64,000 nucleotides of DNA, from IMG/VR virus record IMGVR_UViG_3300047470_000212, positions 32,001 to 96,000 of that record, one strand, 5' to 3'. This DNA is from a virus. The notes under the pieces are model-generated. The model was not told the DNA's origin and made no database searches. It saw only the letters and a program-made list of their open reading frames with translations. Made by a program: the position numbers and the translations under genes. This document shows, in pieces, positions 17,986 through 26,338 of the stretch. Within the stretch, counting starts at the first letter, position 1. Each line of letters starts with the position of its first letter.

Positions 17986-18031
17986 TGGCGGCCTCCGCCC
18001 AGGTATGAAGCCGGTTGTTCATGGGGTGCAT
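17972..18031 (-). CDS. 19-aa mini-ORF MHPMNNRLHTWAEAANASA
   Basis: TGATG overlap with the primase stop; in-frame CTT-CAT-ACC. Confidence 0.5.
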   Translation of the reverse strand: MHPMNNRLHTWAEAANASA

Positions 18032-18999
18032 CAGAACCTCGCTATGACGGATGAGTAGGCGTTGCGGACGGCGTTCTTGAGGGCGTCGGCCCCCATGTCG
18101 CCGGGGTCCTTGCAGGGGGTGCCGGAGTAGTCCAGGAACTTCAGGGACAGGCCTCGGCCGGTCCACTCCTCGCGCAGCCGCTTGCACGTCTCGGCTCCTG
18201 CGGTGTCGTTGTCGAGCGCGATGATCACGGAGTCGAAGTGGTCCCGGATCAGGGACATCTGGGCGTCGGAGACTCCGGCGCCGAAGGAGGCGAGACCGGC
18301 CTTGAAACCGCAGGCCCGGAGCCGGACGACGTCCAGAGGAGACTCAACCAGGATGGCCGTGTCGTCCTCGTAGGTATGAAGTCCGAAGAGGGTCTTCGAC
18401 TTGGCCATGCCCGGCGGCCGGTTGCGGAAATAGCGCTCGTTCTTCTCCTGCCAGCCCCACAGCATTCCCGTGTCGGGGTCGCGGACCGGGATGATCCACA
18501 TCTCCCGCTCGGTGTCCCACAGCACGCCGCAGGCTTCCGCGTCCTCCGGCATGAAGAACCGCTCGGCGCAGGGGGTCAGCGGCGGGGTGACGTACAGGGC
18601 CAGGCTGGCCTCGTTGATCTGCTTGGTCGTGTCGACCGTCTTGGGGTCAGCCTTCTTCGCCAGGAACTTCTTGACCCGCTCGATCCCGCCCCGCTGCCGG
18701 ACCCAGGCGACCGCGTCCCCGTACGGGAGGTCGAGCATGTCCTTTACGAGGACCACGAAAGGGCCCTGGTAGCGGCAGGAGAAGCAGTTGAAATACCCAG
18801 CGTCGTAGTTTATGGAAAAGGATGGGTGCTTGTCTTTCTTTCCGGTCCGCGCCTCATGCATCGGGCACGGCATGTGAATCTCGTCGCCGCTGACCTTGTA
18901 ATCCAGGCCAATCTCATCCAGGCAGGCGGTGACGTTGCCGGGAACCGGAGTTCCTACTGCGTCCCAGCCGCGCGCCTTAGAACGAACCCTGGTAGCCAT
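18031..18999 (-). CDS. dnaG: DNA primase (CHC2 zinc finger + TOPRIM)
   Basis: CPMH...PSFS...CFSC; LVES.LD; ALDND.AG; KDPGD. Confidence 0.92.
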   Translation of the reverse strand: MATRVRSKARGWDAVGTPVPGNVTACLDEIGLDYKVSGDEIHMPCPMHEARTGKKDKHPSFSINYDAGYFNCFSCRYQGPFVVLVKDMLDLPYGDAVAWVRQRGGIERVKKFLAKKADPKTVDTTKQINEASLALYVTPPLTPCAERFFMPEDAEACGVLWDTEREMWIIPVRDPDTGMLWGWQEKNERYFRNRPPGMAKSKTLFGLHTYEDDTAILVESPLDVVRLRACGFKAGLASFGAGVSDAQMSLIRDHFDSVIIALDNDTAGAETCKRLREEWTGRGLSLKFLDYSGTPCKDPGDMGADALKNAVRNAYSSVIARF

Positions 19000-20242
19000 C
19001 AGTGTTCTCCTCCTCCATGGCGAAAGGATCCTCGTTCAGTTCCTCGAACTTTCCCGTCTCCCAATCCCACTGGCAGTAGGTCTCCAGAGGCGGGCAGTTA
19101 CGGGCCAGGACGACCTTGATCTTGTTGATGTTCGAGTCATCCGTGGACTCGACACCGAGAATGACGTCGGAGTCCTGGGCGAAGGAGGACGAATATCCGA
19201 TGGAGTCGGAGGTAATGCCCTTCTTCTTGTTCATCTTCCATTCCAGGACCTGCGTGGAAATGACGATCGGGAGTTGCAGGTTCTTCGCCATGCGCTTGAA
19301 TCCTCGGGTGAGGTTGGTAAGCGCCTGGCTGGATCCCTGAGCCTCGCCGAGTTCGTCCTGCATCATGTAGATGCCGTCCACGAATACGATCGTCGGCCGA
19401 ATGGCATCGATCTTCGACTGCACACCGGTAAGCGTGGTCGCATTCATGGAGTCCGAGGAAAGGAAGAACGAGGGCATAGCCTCAAGTTCCCGAAGGGCCC
19501 TTTCGAGTTTGTCCCACTCGGTCTTCTTGAGCGTTCCGTTCCGCAGCCGGGCATGGGAAATCCCCGCGCGGATTGCGTCGAAGCGTTCCTCCTGCTCCTC
19601 GTTGCTCATCTCGAAGCCGATGAACAGCGGGCGCTCACCGTGCAGGTGGGCAGCCATGGCGGCCAGCAGAAGCAGCGTCGACTTACCAGCCTTCGGAGGG
19701 CCGACGAAGGTGACCAACTGCTCCTTCTGGAGGCCCTGGGTGGCCCTGTCGATCGTGTTGAAGCCGGTGGGGATACCCCGGAGCCCGTCGGGCAGGTCCT
19801 TGAGCGTGAGGTACCGCGCAAGGCGTTCCTGGCCCGTCTCCGTCAGGTCGGTGTCGCGGGCGTTGGGTACCGCCGAGGCGATGTTGGCCAGCGTGCGGGC
19901 CAACGCCTCCATCGCGGCGGTGGCGTTGCCCTCTTCGTGTGCGTCGACCGAGTCGGCCAGGCCCTGCTCCAGCAGGGCCAAAGTATGAAGTTCTCGCAGC
20001 CGGTCGGTCAGCACTTCCATGCTGTCCTCGACCTTGACGAACCGGTACGTGGGGAAGTCGGTCTTGATCGTGGTGAGGCTCGGGACCTCGCCGTAGTTCC
20101 CCTTGTGCCGCAGGATCGCCTTGAAGACGGACTTGTTGTCCGGGTCTCCGAAGAAGTCGGGGGTGATGCCCGCGTCCGCGACGACAGCCAGGTCCTTGTC
20201 CTGGATGACGCGGGACACGAGCAAGCGCTCGAAGTCCGCCAC
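18977..20242 (-). CDS. dnaB: DnaB-like replicative helicase
   Basis: GIPTGF..ID....GLQ, GPPKAGKS, FEMS, FVDGIY, QDSDVI. Confidence 0.94.
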   Translation of the reverse strand: MADFERLLVSRVIQDKDLAVVADAGITPDFFGDPDNKSVFKAILRHKGNYGEVPSLTTIKTDFPTYRFVKVEDSMEVLTDRLRELHTLALLEQGLADSVDAHEEGNATAAMEALARTLANIASAVPNARDTDLTETGQERLARYLTLKDLPDGLRGIPTGFNTIDRATQGLQKEQLVTFVGPPKAGKSTLLLLAAMAAHLHGERPLFIGFEMSNEEQEERFDAIRAGISHARLRNGTLKKTEWDKLERALRELEAMPSFFLSSDSMNATTLTGVQSKIDAIRPTIVFVDGIYMMQDELGEAQGSSQALTNLTRGFKRMAKNLQLPIVISTQVLEWKMNKKKGITSDSIGYSSSFAQDSDVILGVESTDDSNINKIKVVLARNCPPLETYCQWDWETGKFEELNEDPFAMEEENTDGYQGSF

Positions 20243-20685
20243 TACATTGCTCCGATCAGGGTGGTGGGTACGGCCGGGAGCATGCGTCCCTTGCTGCCGT
20301 AGATCAGGTGGTTCTCGTTGTCGAAGACGGCCGCTACGTCAGGCATGTGGGCCAGGCGGCGGGCCAGCTTCTTGGGGTCCTCGCACCACACGCGGCCGAT
20401 GGGCAGGCCCTCGATGTCCAGGCGCCATTCCAGGGCCTCGGCGAACTCGTCACCCAGGTACGTGATGACGTCGACCGAGTAGCGGTAGCGCCAGACCGTG
20501 TCCCAGATGACGTGGGCCAGCGGCTCGTTGATCTCGTAGGCCTTCACAGCGCGCTTCCACTGGTGCGCCCGGCGGGCCACTGCTTCACCAGCTCGGGCTC
20601 GCGCGGTGGGCAGGTTGCCCAGCAGTCCTTCGAAGACCAGGACCATGCGCGGGGAGACCTCGTTGCTTATGTCCCCGCCCTGCAT
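20242..20685 (-). CDS. Hypothetical protein (possible degenerate HAD fold)
   Basis: 147 aa, overlapping start/stop on both sides. Confidence 0.65.
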   Translation of the reverse strand: MQGGDISNEVSPRMVLVFEGLLGNLPTARARAGEAVARRAHQWKRAVKAYEINEPLAHVIWDTVWRYRYSVDVITYLGDEFAEALEWRLDIEGLPIGRVWCEDPKKLARRLAHMPDVAAVFDNENHLIYGSKGRMLPAVPTTLIGAM

Positions 20686-20930
20686 CAGGCTCGCTCCGCT
20701 TCGGCGCGGAGCCAGATATGAAGTCGTCCGTGCCGGAGTTCTGTGATCACACGGTGCTCGCGCACGCGGAATCCGAGGGCGGCAGCCTTGTAGACCGCGA
20801 GGAAGAGCAGCCGCTTGGCGGTCGCACGCTGCTCGGGGAACCGTCCGGTGATCGTCGCCGGGATCTCGTCCTTGTAGAGAACCGACAAGACCTCGTCCTC
20901 GAAGGGGAGGACCATCTGCTCATGCGGCAC
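20685..20930 (-). CDS. Hypothetical protein
   Basis: GGAGGAG RBS before GTG 20930. Confidence 0.6.
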   Translation of the reverse strand: MPHEQMVLPFEDEVLSVLYKDEIPATITGRFPEQRATAKRLLFLAVYKAAALGFRVREHRVITELRHGRLHIWLRAEAERA

Positions 20931-21579
20931 GGCGATCTCCTCCGACGACGGTGATGTGGGTGAAGGCGCCCTGGATGAAGGAGCCCATCGAGGGGTTGTA
21001 TGTGTCCCCCCACTTGCTCGGCGGGACGTTGGAGGTGACGAGGGTCGGCCGGGCCTCGCGGTGTCGAAGGCGCAGCAGGTCGTCCAGCAGGCCTTCGGCG
21101 TAGCCGGACTTGGTCTTGTGCTCCTTGCCGACGTCGTCGAGGAGGAGGACGGGCGCCTTCTCGGCCGCGACGATCTTGTCCGTGATCTCCCACCAGCGGG
21201 CAACGGCCTCGGGCTCGTGCCGGTCCTGGAGACCCATCCGCTCGATGGACAACTTCACGTAGTCCGAGTAGGCCAGCCACGCCACGGGCAGGCGGCGGCC
21301 GAAGTAGACCTCCAGCAGCGTGGACGTGGCGAGCGTGGTCTTGCCTGTGCCGGGCGGCCCTACGACCAGCAGCCCCTTGCCGATGGTGCTCCAGTCGGCC
21401 GGGTACTCGTTCAGGGGGCGCTTGTCCGTGACGTAGTGGTCCCGGAGGTTGTCCACGAACTCCTGGCAGACGGCCTTGTGCGGCGAGTCCGCCAACGTAT
21501 GAAGACGCAGGTGCTTGTAGTGCGCCGGGATGCCGTACTCCTTGAGCCGCAAGGCGTGGACCCGGGGGTCAGTCGCCAT
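20920..21579 (-). CDS. dnaC: DnaC/IstB-like helicase-loader ATPase
   Basis: GIP..Y, GPPGTGKT, LLLDDVGKE, R.....PTLVTSN. Confidence 0.88.
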   Translation of the reverse strand: MATDPRVHALRLKEYGIPAHYKHLRLHTLADSPHKAVCQEFVDNLRDHYVTDKRPLNEYPADWSTIGKGLLVVGPPGTGKTTLATSTLLEVYFGRRLPVAWLAYSDYVKLSIERMGLQDRHEPEAVARWWEITDKIVAAEKAPVLLLDDVGKEHKTKSGYAEGLLDDLLRLRHREARPTLVTSNVPPSKWGDTYNPSMGSFIQGAFTHITVVGGDRRAA

Positions 21580-21663
21580 GTGGATACCTCCTGGTGGTGG
21601 TGGGTTCAACGTTCAGGAGGCTACCACAGTTATCGCTTCCTGGATACGTCTTCGGAACGCGTA

Positions 21664-21693
21664 AGGGGCGGGCTGCCGAAGCAACCCGCCCCT
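21664..21693. terminator. Hairpin downstream of the initiator gene
   Basis: AGGGGCGGG...CCCGCCCCT. Confidence 0.55.
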
Positions 21694-21702
21694 GTGGGTC
21701 GG

Positions 21703-22770
21703 TCAGGACCAGTAGTCCTCGTTGAACCTGTTGTTCTCCACCTCGTCGACCTTGTCAGCCTTGCCCAGTCGCTGGGTCAGCAGCCCACGGGCGGCAAGGA
21801 AGTCCTTCCAGGCGACCACGTTGTCCGAGCGCTGCCAGGAGGTGGACCAGTAGGTGATGATCATCTGGCGTACCTCTTCGCGCCCAAGGCCCTGGGCCAT
21901 CCACCGGCCGAAGGTCCCAGTCAGGGCTCCGAGGTTGGTGGAGCCGGGGACCGGGTGACCTACTTCCCCGGCCCGGTGGTCGAAGAATTCCGCCAGTTCC
22001 TCCGAAGGCCTCTTGGAGCGCTTCTTAGGAGTTCGCCGGGCCGGAGGGGCCAGGTCGCCATCCGAAGCCGGGAGACGGGCGGCCAGGGACTCTCCTGGAT
22101 CACCGTCACCGATGGCCTGGGATACCACGTAGGCCGGATCGAGTTCCCGCTCGGCCTGCTCCTGCTCCAAGGCCTCCTGCTTCCGGGACTTCCTCTTGCC
22201 GCCAGGACCCCGGAGGGGGCGTACCGCATTCCAGCCCTTGGCTCCCGGCCTGGGAGTCTCCTCGGCATCGTAGAGATCCGACCGCGCCGACTGGCGCGGT
22301 GGAAGAGACGTAGTCTCTTCTATTTCTCTAGTAGTACTAGTTAGGTAGTTAGGGGTTGGGTGCACTCCAGTGCAGGGTGCAATATTTGCAGGGTCCTCTG
22401 GAGTTGTTATGTCACAACTACCTTCGTCGACCCCTGCATTATTTGCAGGTGTAGTTCTTGCACCCTTCTCGGGCTCCGGAATCCACTCTTCGATGGGGAG
22501 AATCCGGCGCACAGCGGACTTGTACCGCAGGGACTCCAGAGGCCTCTCCTCGTCGGAAACGGACTCGATGATGCGACGCTCCTCCAGGTCCCGCAGGACG
22601 TTGTAGGTCTGCCGCTCCTTGATGTTGGCCTTGCTGGCGATGGTTGGTACTGAAAGCCAGCACATCCGGAAGTCGTCATCCGCTGCGTCGGCCATGGCCA
22701 GCAGGACCAGTCGGGATGCAAGTCGGGTGTGCTTGCTCCGCATCACCTCGCCCATGATGATTACGCTCAC
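21703..22770 (-). CDS. Phage replication initiator (N-terminal wHTH)
   Basis: RLVLLAMADAA......CW.SV.TIA.KA....RQ....LR.LE; lies upstream of dnaC. Confidence 0.8.
   Translation of the reverse strand: MSVIIMGEVMRSKHTRLASRLVLLAMADAADDDFRMCWLSVPTIASKANIKERQTYNVLRDLEERRIIESVSDEERPLESLRYKSAVRRILPIEEWIPEPEKGARTTPANNAGVDEGSCDITTPEDPANIAPCTGVHPTPNYLTSTTREIEETTSLPPRQSARSDLYDAEETPRPGAKGWNAVRPLRGPGGKRKSRKQEALEQEQAERELDPAYVVSQAIGDGDPGESLAARLPASDGDLAPPARRTPKKRSKRPSEELAEFFDHRAGEVGHPVPGSTNLGALTGTFGRWMAQGLGREEVRQMIITYWSTSWQRSDNVVAWKDFLAARGLLTQRLGKADKVDEVENNRFNEDYWS
22318..22470. other. Putative replication origin inside the initiator gene
   Basis: AT-rich patch plus repeated (A/T)ATTTGCAGG and TGCA half-sites. 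Confidence 0.5.
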
Positions 22771-22814
22771 TCGGCGACTCCGAGGAAGCGATAAGTATGA
22801 AGCGATAGCGTCAT
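22767..22814 (-). CDS. 15-aa leader ORF MTLSLHTYRFLGVAE
   Basis: TGA overlaps the initiator GTG (GTGA); in-frame CTT-CAT-ACT. Confidence 0.55.
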   Translation of the reverse strand: MTLSLHTYRFLGVAE

Positions 22815-22865
22815 GGTAATGTGCTCTCTATCTCGGGGTTTGTGGTGGGCCTCGGGGTGTGGTGG

Positions 22866-22925
22866 GCAAAGGCCCCCGGCAGTGGCTTGAAGGTCTTGAA
22901 CCTCGCCAGCGCCGGGGGCCTTTGC
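22866..22925. terminator. 15-bp perfect inverted repeat / terminator
   Basis: GCAAAGGCCCCCGGC-N30-GCCGGGGGCCTTTGC. Confidence 0.65.
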
Positions 22926-22930
22926 GTTAC

Positions 22931-24160
22931 TCACTCCGAGTCGAGTTCGAGGCCCTTCTCCTCGATCTCCGCCCGGGTCAACTGCACGACGGTCTGTCCG
23001 GCCGGGATGCGGCCACGGCCGCGACGGGTGTAGTTGCCCTCGTCGTCGACCAGGTAGGCGAACGTCTTGTTCTCGTCACGCGGGCGACCACGACGCCGAC
23101 GGGGAGAGGACTGCTCCTCCTGGTCACCCTCCGGCTCCTGGTCACCCTCCGGCTCCTCGGCCGCCTCCGGCGCCTTCTGCTTCTGCTCGCCGGTCTCCGG
23201 CAGCGTATGAAGCGCCTTGCGCAGCAGTTCGGTCAGCGGTCGCTCGCGCACGTCGGCCTGGTTGATGATCGCGTTGCGCTCGTCCTCCAGACGGAAGGAG
23301 TTGTAGGCACCCTCCAAAGCGGCGCGTATCAGGAGCAGGTCGATCTCGGCGTCCGGGACCGGCTTGTCGGTCTCCTTCTGCTGCGCCTTGTGCTGCGCGC
23401 GGGCGATCGTCTCCTGCAAGGACTCCTTCTCCTCCTCGACAGGCGCCTCTTCCTCGACCGGCTCGGCGGCCTTGCGACCACGACGGCGGGGCTCCGGCTT
23501 CGGCTCCTCCTCCGGCTTGTCCTCGGTCAGCGGCTCCTCTTCCGGCTCGGCCGTCTCCGGCTCGGCGCGACGGCCACGGCGACCGCGACGGCGGGGCTCC
23601 TCCGGCTCGGGCTCCGGCTCGGGCTCCGGCTCGGGCTCCGGCTCCGCCTCGGGCTCGGCGTGGGTCTCGGCAGCGAAGGAGATGTCGTCGAGTCCGGCCG
23701 TCAGGTCCTTGGCCGTGATCCCAGCGGCCTCGGCCGCGTCCAGGAGGAGTTCGGCCTCCTCGCTGCCCTCGGAACCCCACAGCAGGATCACGTGGGCGTC
23801 GCCCTGACTGTCGGCGTTCTTGAGGAGTTCGACGATCCCGGCGGTGACGTTGGCAGTCTTCACGACCTCCTCGGCGTCCTTGAGGATCTTGTCGACGGCC
23901 CGGCTCTTCTCGCCGTCGGTGACCGCGACGAACGGGATGTCGGCCCACTCGGACCACTCCAGGACGGTCTCCAGTCCGTCGGACAGGTGCTTCTTGGTGA
24001 TCGGGAGGATGAGCGTGATCTCGCGCTCGGAGGGCTCGGGGTAGCCGTCCTTGTCTTCCTCGCCGAGGCCCACGAAGTCGTTCAGGAGGGCCTTGACGTT
24101 GTCCAGGTCGGTGGCGGCGTCGCCAGCGAAGGCGAGTGCGATGGGCTGAGTGCTGCTCAA
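22931..24160 (-). CDS. Acidic low-complexity protein with C-terminal RGR/AT-hook-like motifs
   Basis: TTG 24160 after GGGAG; (PE)n tract; RRRGRPR and RGRGRIP. Confidence 0.75.
   Translation of the reverse strand: MSSTQPIALAFAGDAATDLDNVKALLNDFVGLGEEDKDGYPEPSEREITLILPITKKHLSDGLETVLEWSEWADIPFVAVTDGEKSRAVDKILKDAEEVVKTANVTAGIVELLKNADSQGDAHVILLWGSEGSEEAELLLDAAEAAGITAKDLTAGLDDISFAAETHAEPEAEPEPEPEPEPEPEPEEPRRRGRRGRRAEPETAEPEEEPLTEDKPEEEPKPEPRRRGRKAAEPVEEEAPVEEEKESLQETIARAQHKAQQKETDKPVPDAEIDLLLIRAALEGAYNSFRLEDERNAIINQADVRERPLTELLRKALHTLPETGEQKQKAPEAAEEPEGDQEPEGDQEEQSSPRRRRGRPRDENKTFAYLVDDEGNYTRRGRGRIPAGQTVVQLTRAEIEEKGLELDSE
23596..23657. repeat. 12-bp tandem repeat encoding (PE)n
   Basis: CTCCGGCTCGGG units. 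Confidence 0.75.
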
Positions 24161-24281
24161 GTCTGCTCCCGATGTGGTGTGTTTGCCGCCCTTCCGGCGA
24201 CAGGAGAAGACGTTACCGGTTACGGCTTCTAAAAGCAAGAAACCCCCGCTTCGCAAGCGAGGGTTTCAAAGCGTTTGACAA

Positions 24282-24566
24282 CTAGGGCAGGTCAGGAACC
24301 CTGCGACCGGTGGCCGGATGCCTACGAGGAAGCCGCAGCGCCGGGGCCACCGAACCACCCCGGACAGGGATGTGCAGCAGGGCCACCACTCCGGCCGCAG
24401 CCGCAGCAGTCAGCCAGGGGACGGGAACACGCTGCGCCTCGTAGGCCAGGCCGACAACCACGAGGGGCTGGAGCCAGGCCGGGAGGGTGAACGGGAGCAC
24501 GACGACCAGCCACTCCCACGCGGTGAACGTGGCGAATGCGATCAGCAGGAGCCGGAACCAGTCCAT
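24282..24566 (-). CDS. Membrane protein, holin-like
   Basis: Three hydrophobic segments at the end of the tail operon. Confidence 0.6.
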   Translation of the reverse strand: MDWFRLLLIAFATFTAWEWLVVVLPFTLPAWLQPLVVVGLAYEAQRVPVPWLTAAAAAGVVALLHIPVRGGSVAPALRLPRRHPATGRRVPDLP

Positions 24567-24569
24567 AGG

Positions 24570-25100
24570 TCAGACCGACCTCGGGCCGAGGGGAGACTGC
24601 GGGAGCGCCTGGGTGGTGATGGTCTCCTGGGCGACCAGGGCTGGCTTGACCGCACGCTGGAGCGCAGCGTGCAGGGCGACGGCGATCTGCTCGATGGCCT
24701 CGGGACTCAGGGTGGCGCCGCTGACCTGCGCCGGGGGCTCGACTGCCTCCGTCTCCTCGACGTACTTGGCCAAGGTGGCGGGCGATATATGAAGCCGGTT
24801 CTCGGTCTCGGTGATCAGGGCGTTCTGGAGCCAGCCGAACCACGCGTACTTCTTGAGCAGCGAGTGGTAGAAGGCGGTGCCGGTCACCCAGGCGAGGAAG
24901 GACGCGACGACGGCCGGGGCCCAGTAGAAGTGCTGGGGGTGGGCCTGGTAGACGGCCCAGAAGCCCGTGGCGACCGCGAGGACGGCATGCGCGGCACCCT
25001 TGACCGTGGCGTTGGTCGACGGCCGGGTGAACAGCGCGACGATGGCTGGCAGGGCCAGGCCGACGACGAGGGAAGCCGCGTCGGCGTAGTTGGTGAGCAT
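24570..25100 (-). CDS. Membrane protein, holin-like
   Basis: Three TM segments (LVVG..LP.IVAL.T...K...HAVLA...G). Confidence 0.65.
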   Translation of the reverse strand: MLTNYADAASLVVGLALPAIVALFTRPSTNATVKGAAHAVLAVATGFWAVYQAHPQHFYWAPAVVASFLAWVTGTAFYHSLLKKYAWFGWLQNALITETENRLHISPATLAKYVEETEAVEPPAQVSGATLSPEAIEQIAVALHAALQRAVKPALVAQETITTQALPQSPLGPRSV

Positions 25101-25123
25101 GCGTGTCCTTTACGGGTTCGTGG

Positions 25124-26338
25124 TTACTGGGTCGGGAGTACGGCATATTGGGGAACCGCTGAAGTGATTCCCAAAGGAGTATTCTCGTCGAGCAACGTGC
25201 GGATGAGGTAACTCCGCTCGGTGTAGTTCTCGTAGTAGTAGGAGCGGGTCAGGTTCGCGGTGCCGCTGGCTTCCCAGAGGTAGTCGGCGCCCATTGAGCC
25301 GTCGAAGTACGGGCGTACCGCTGCGCCTTCTTCGACCAGGACTCCGTCGAACCAGAAGATGCTCGACTGCCCGGCGGCCATGGTGGTCCGATCAACGAAC
25401 AGCCCCAAGGTCGTCGTTGATGCGCTCACGTCGAAGGTGACCCACACTGTGCGCCAGCGCTTGTTGCTCGGGTCCGGCTTGGCGCTGCGGAAGGAGACGC
25501 GGTTGACCAGGGTTGCGTTGTTCGACGCGTACGGAATGACATCCCCGCAGCCCTGCGCGACGGCGACACGTACGCTCGCCGTGTAGCGGCGCCCCGGGAT
25601 GAGCCCGTTCAGCGTCCAGTGGCTTCCGCCGTTGAGGGTTCCGGCAGATGGCACTGTGACCACGCACGAGGAGGTGCCTCGCCAACACAGGGAGTCCTGC
25701 GCCACGGTGGCGCTATTGAATCCGGTGACCCCTGTAATCCCACTCTCGAAGTTTGGGTTGGCGGCGTAGTTCAACCGTGTTGGCTTGATGACGACGCGCA
25801 GTTCCCTTGCGTTCTGGTAGGCGCTCGGTCCGGCCGAGCCCAGGGACAGCGGCTCGAACTGCACGGCGTCCAGGATCTGGTGTTTGTTCGCTGACATGCT
25901 GGCGAACTTGAAGCCGACGGAGGCGTACGTTGCCCGCTTCCAGGCGTACCCACCGCCGGATACGGGGTAGTCGACCGGGCCGGTGAACGCGGCGTACGGG
26001 CGGCTGTAGGAGCCTGCTACTCCTGACTTGAGCGTGCCGGAGGTGATGCCCATCCATGCCTGCGCCGGGTCGACACCTTGGTAGGGGTAGTGGGAGAAGT
26101 CCTTGAAGGCAGCCGCCGGGGCCTTCACTCCGGCCGAGAGCGCACCGTCCACGGAGAACTGTCCCGCCAGCGGCGCCAGTGGCTTGCCGCGTGGCACCTT
26201 GATGGCCAGGCCACCGTTGATGGTGACCAGGCCGAACAGGTCCGGGGAGTACGTGGTGAACTTCCGCGCGACGATGGTGCCGCTGACGGAGAACTGGTTG
26301 AAGTACTCCGTGGTGTTGCTGAAGGTCAGGTTCGGCAT
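25124..26338 (-). CDS. Minor tail protein with carbohydrate-binding-type module
   Basis: N...NPNFE, PG.RYT.S, DGVLVEEG....PYFDG. Confidence 0.7.
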   Translation of the reverse strand: MPNLTFSNTTEYFNQFSVSGTIVARKFTTYSPDLFGLVTINGGLAIKVPRGKPLAPLAGQFSVDGALSAGVKAPAAAFKDFSHYPYQGVDPAQAWMGITSGTLKSGVAGSYSRPYAAFTGPVDYPVSGGGYAWKRATYASVGFKFASMSANKHQILDAVQFEPLSLGSAGPSAYQNARELRVVIKPTRLNYAANPNFESGITGVTGFNSATVAQDSLCWRGTSSCVVTVPSAGTLNGGSHWTLNGLIPGRRYTASVRVAVAQGCGDVIPYASNNATLVNRVSFRSAKPDPSNKRWRTVWVTFDVSASTTTLGLFVDRTTMAAGQSSIFWFDGVLVEEGAAVRPYFDGSMGADYLWEASGTANLTRSYYYENYTERSYLIRTLLDENTPLGITSAVPQYAVLPTQ

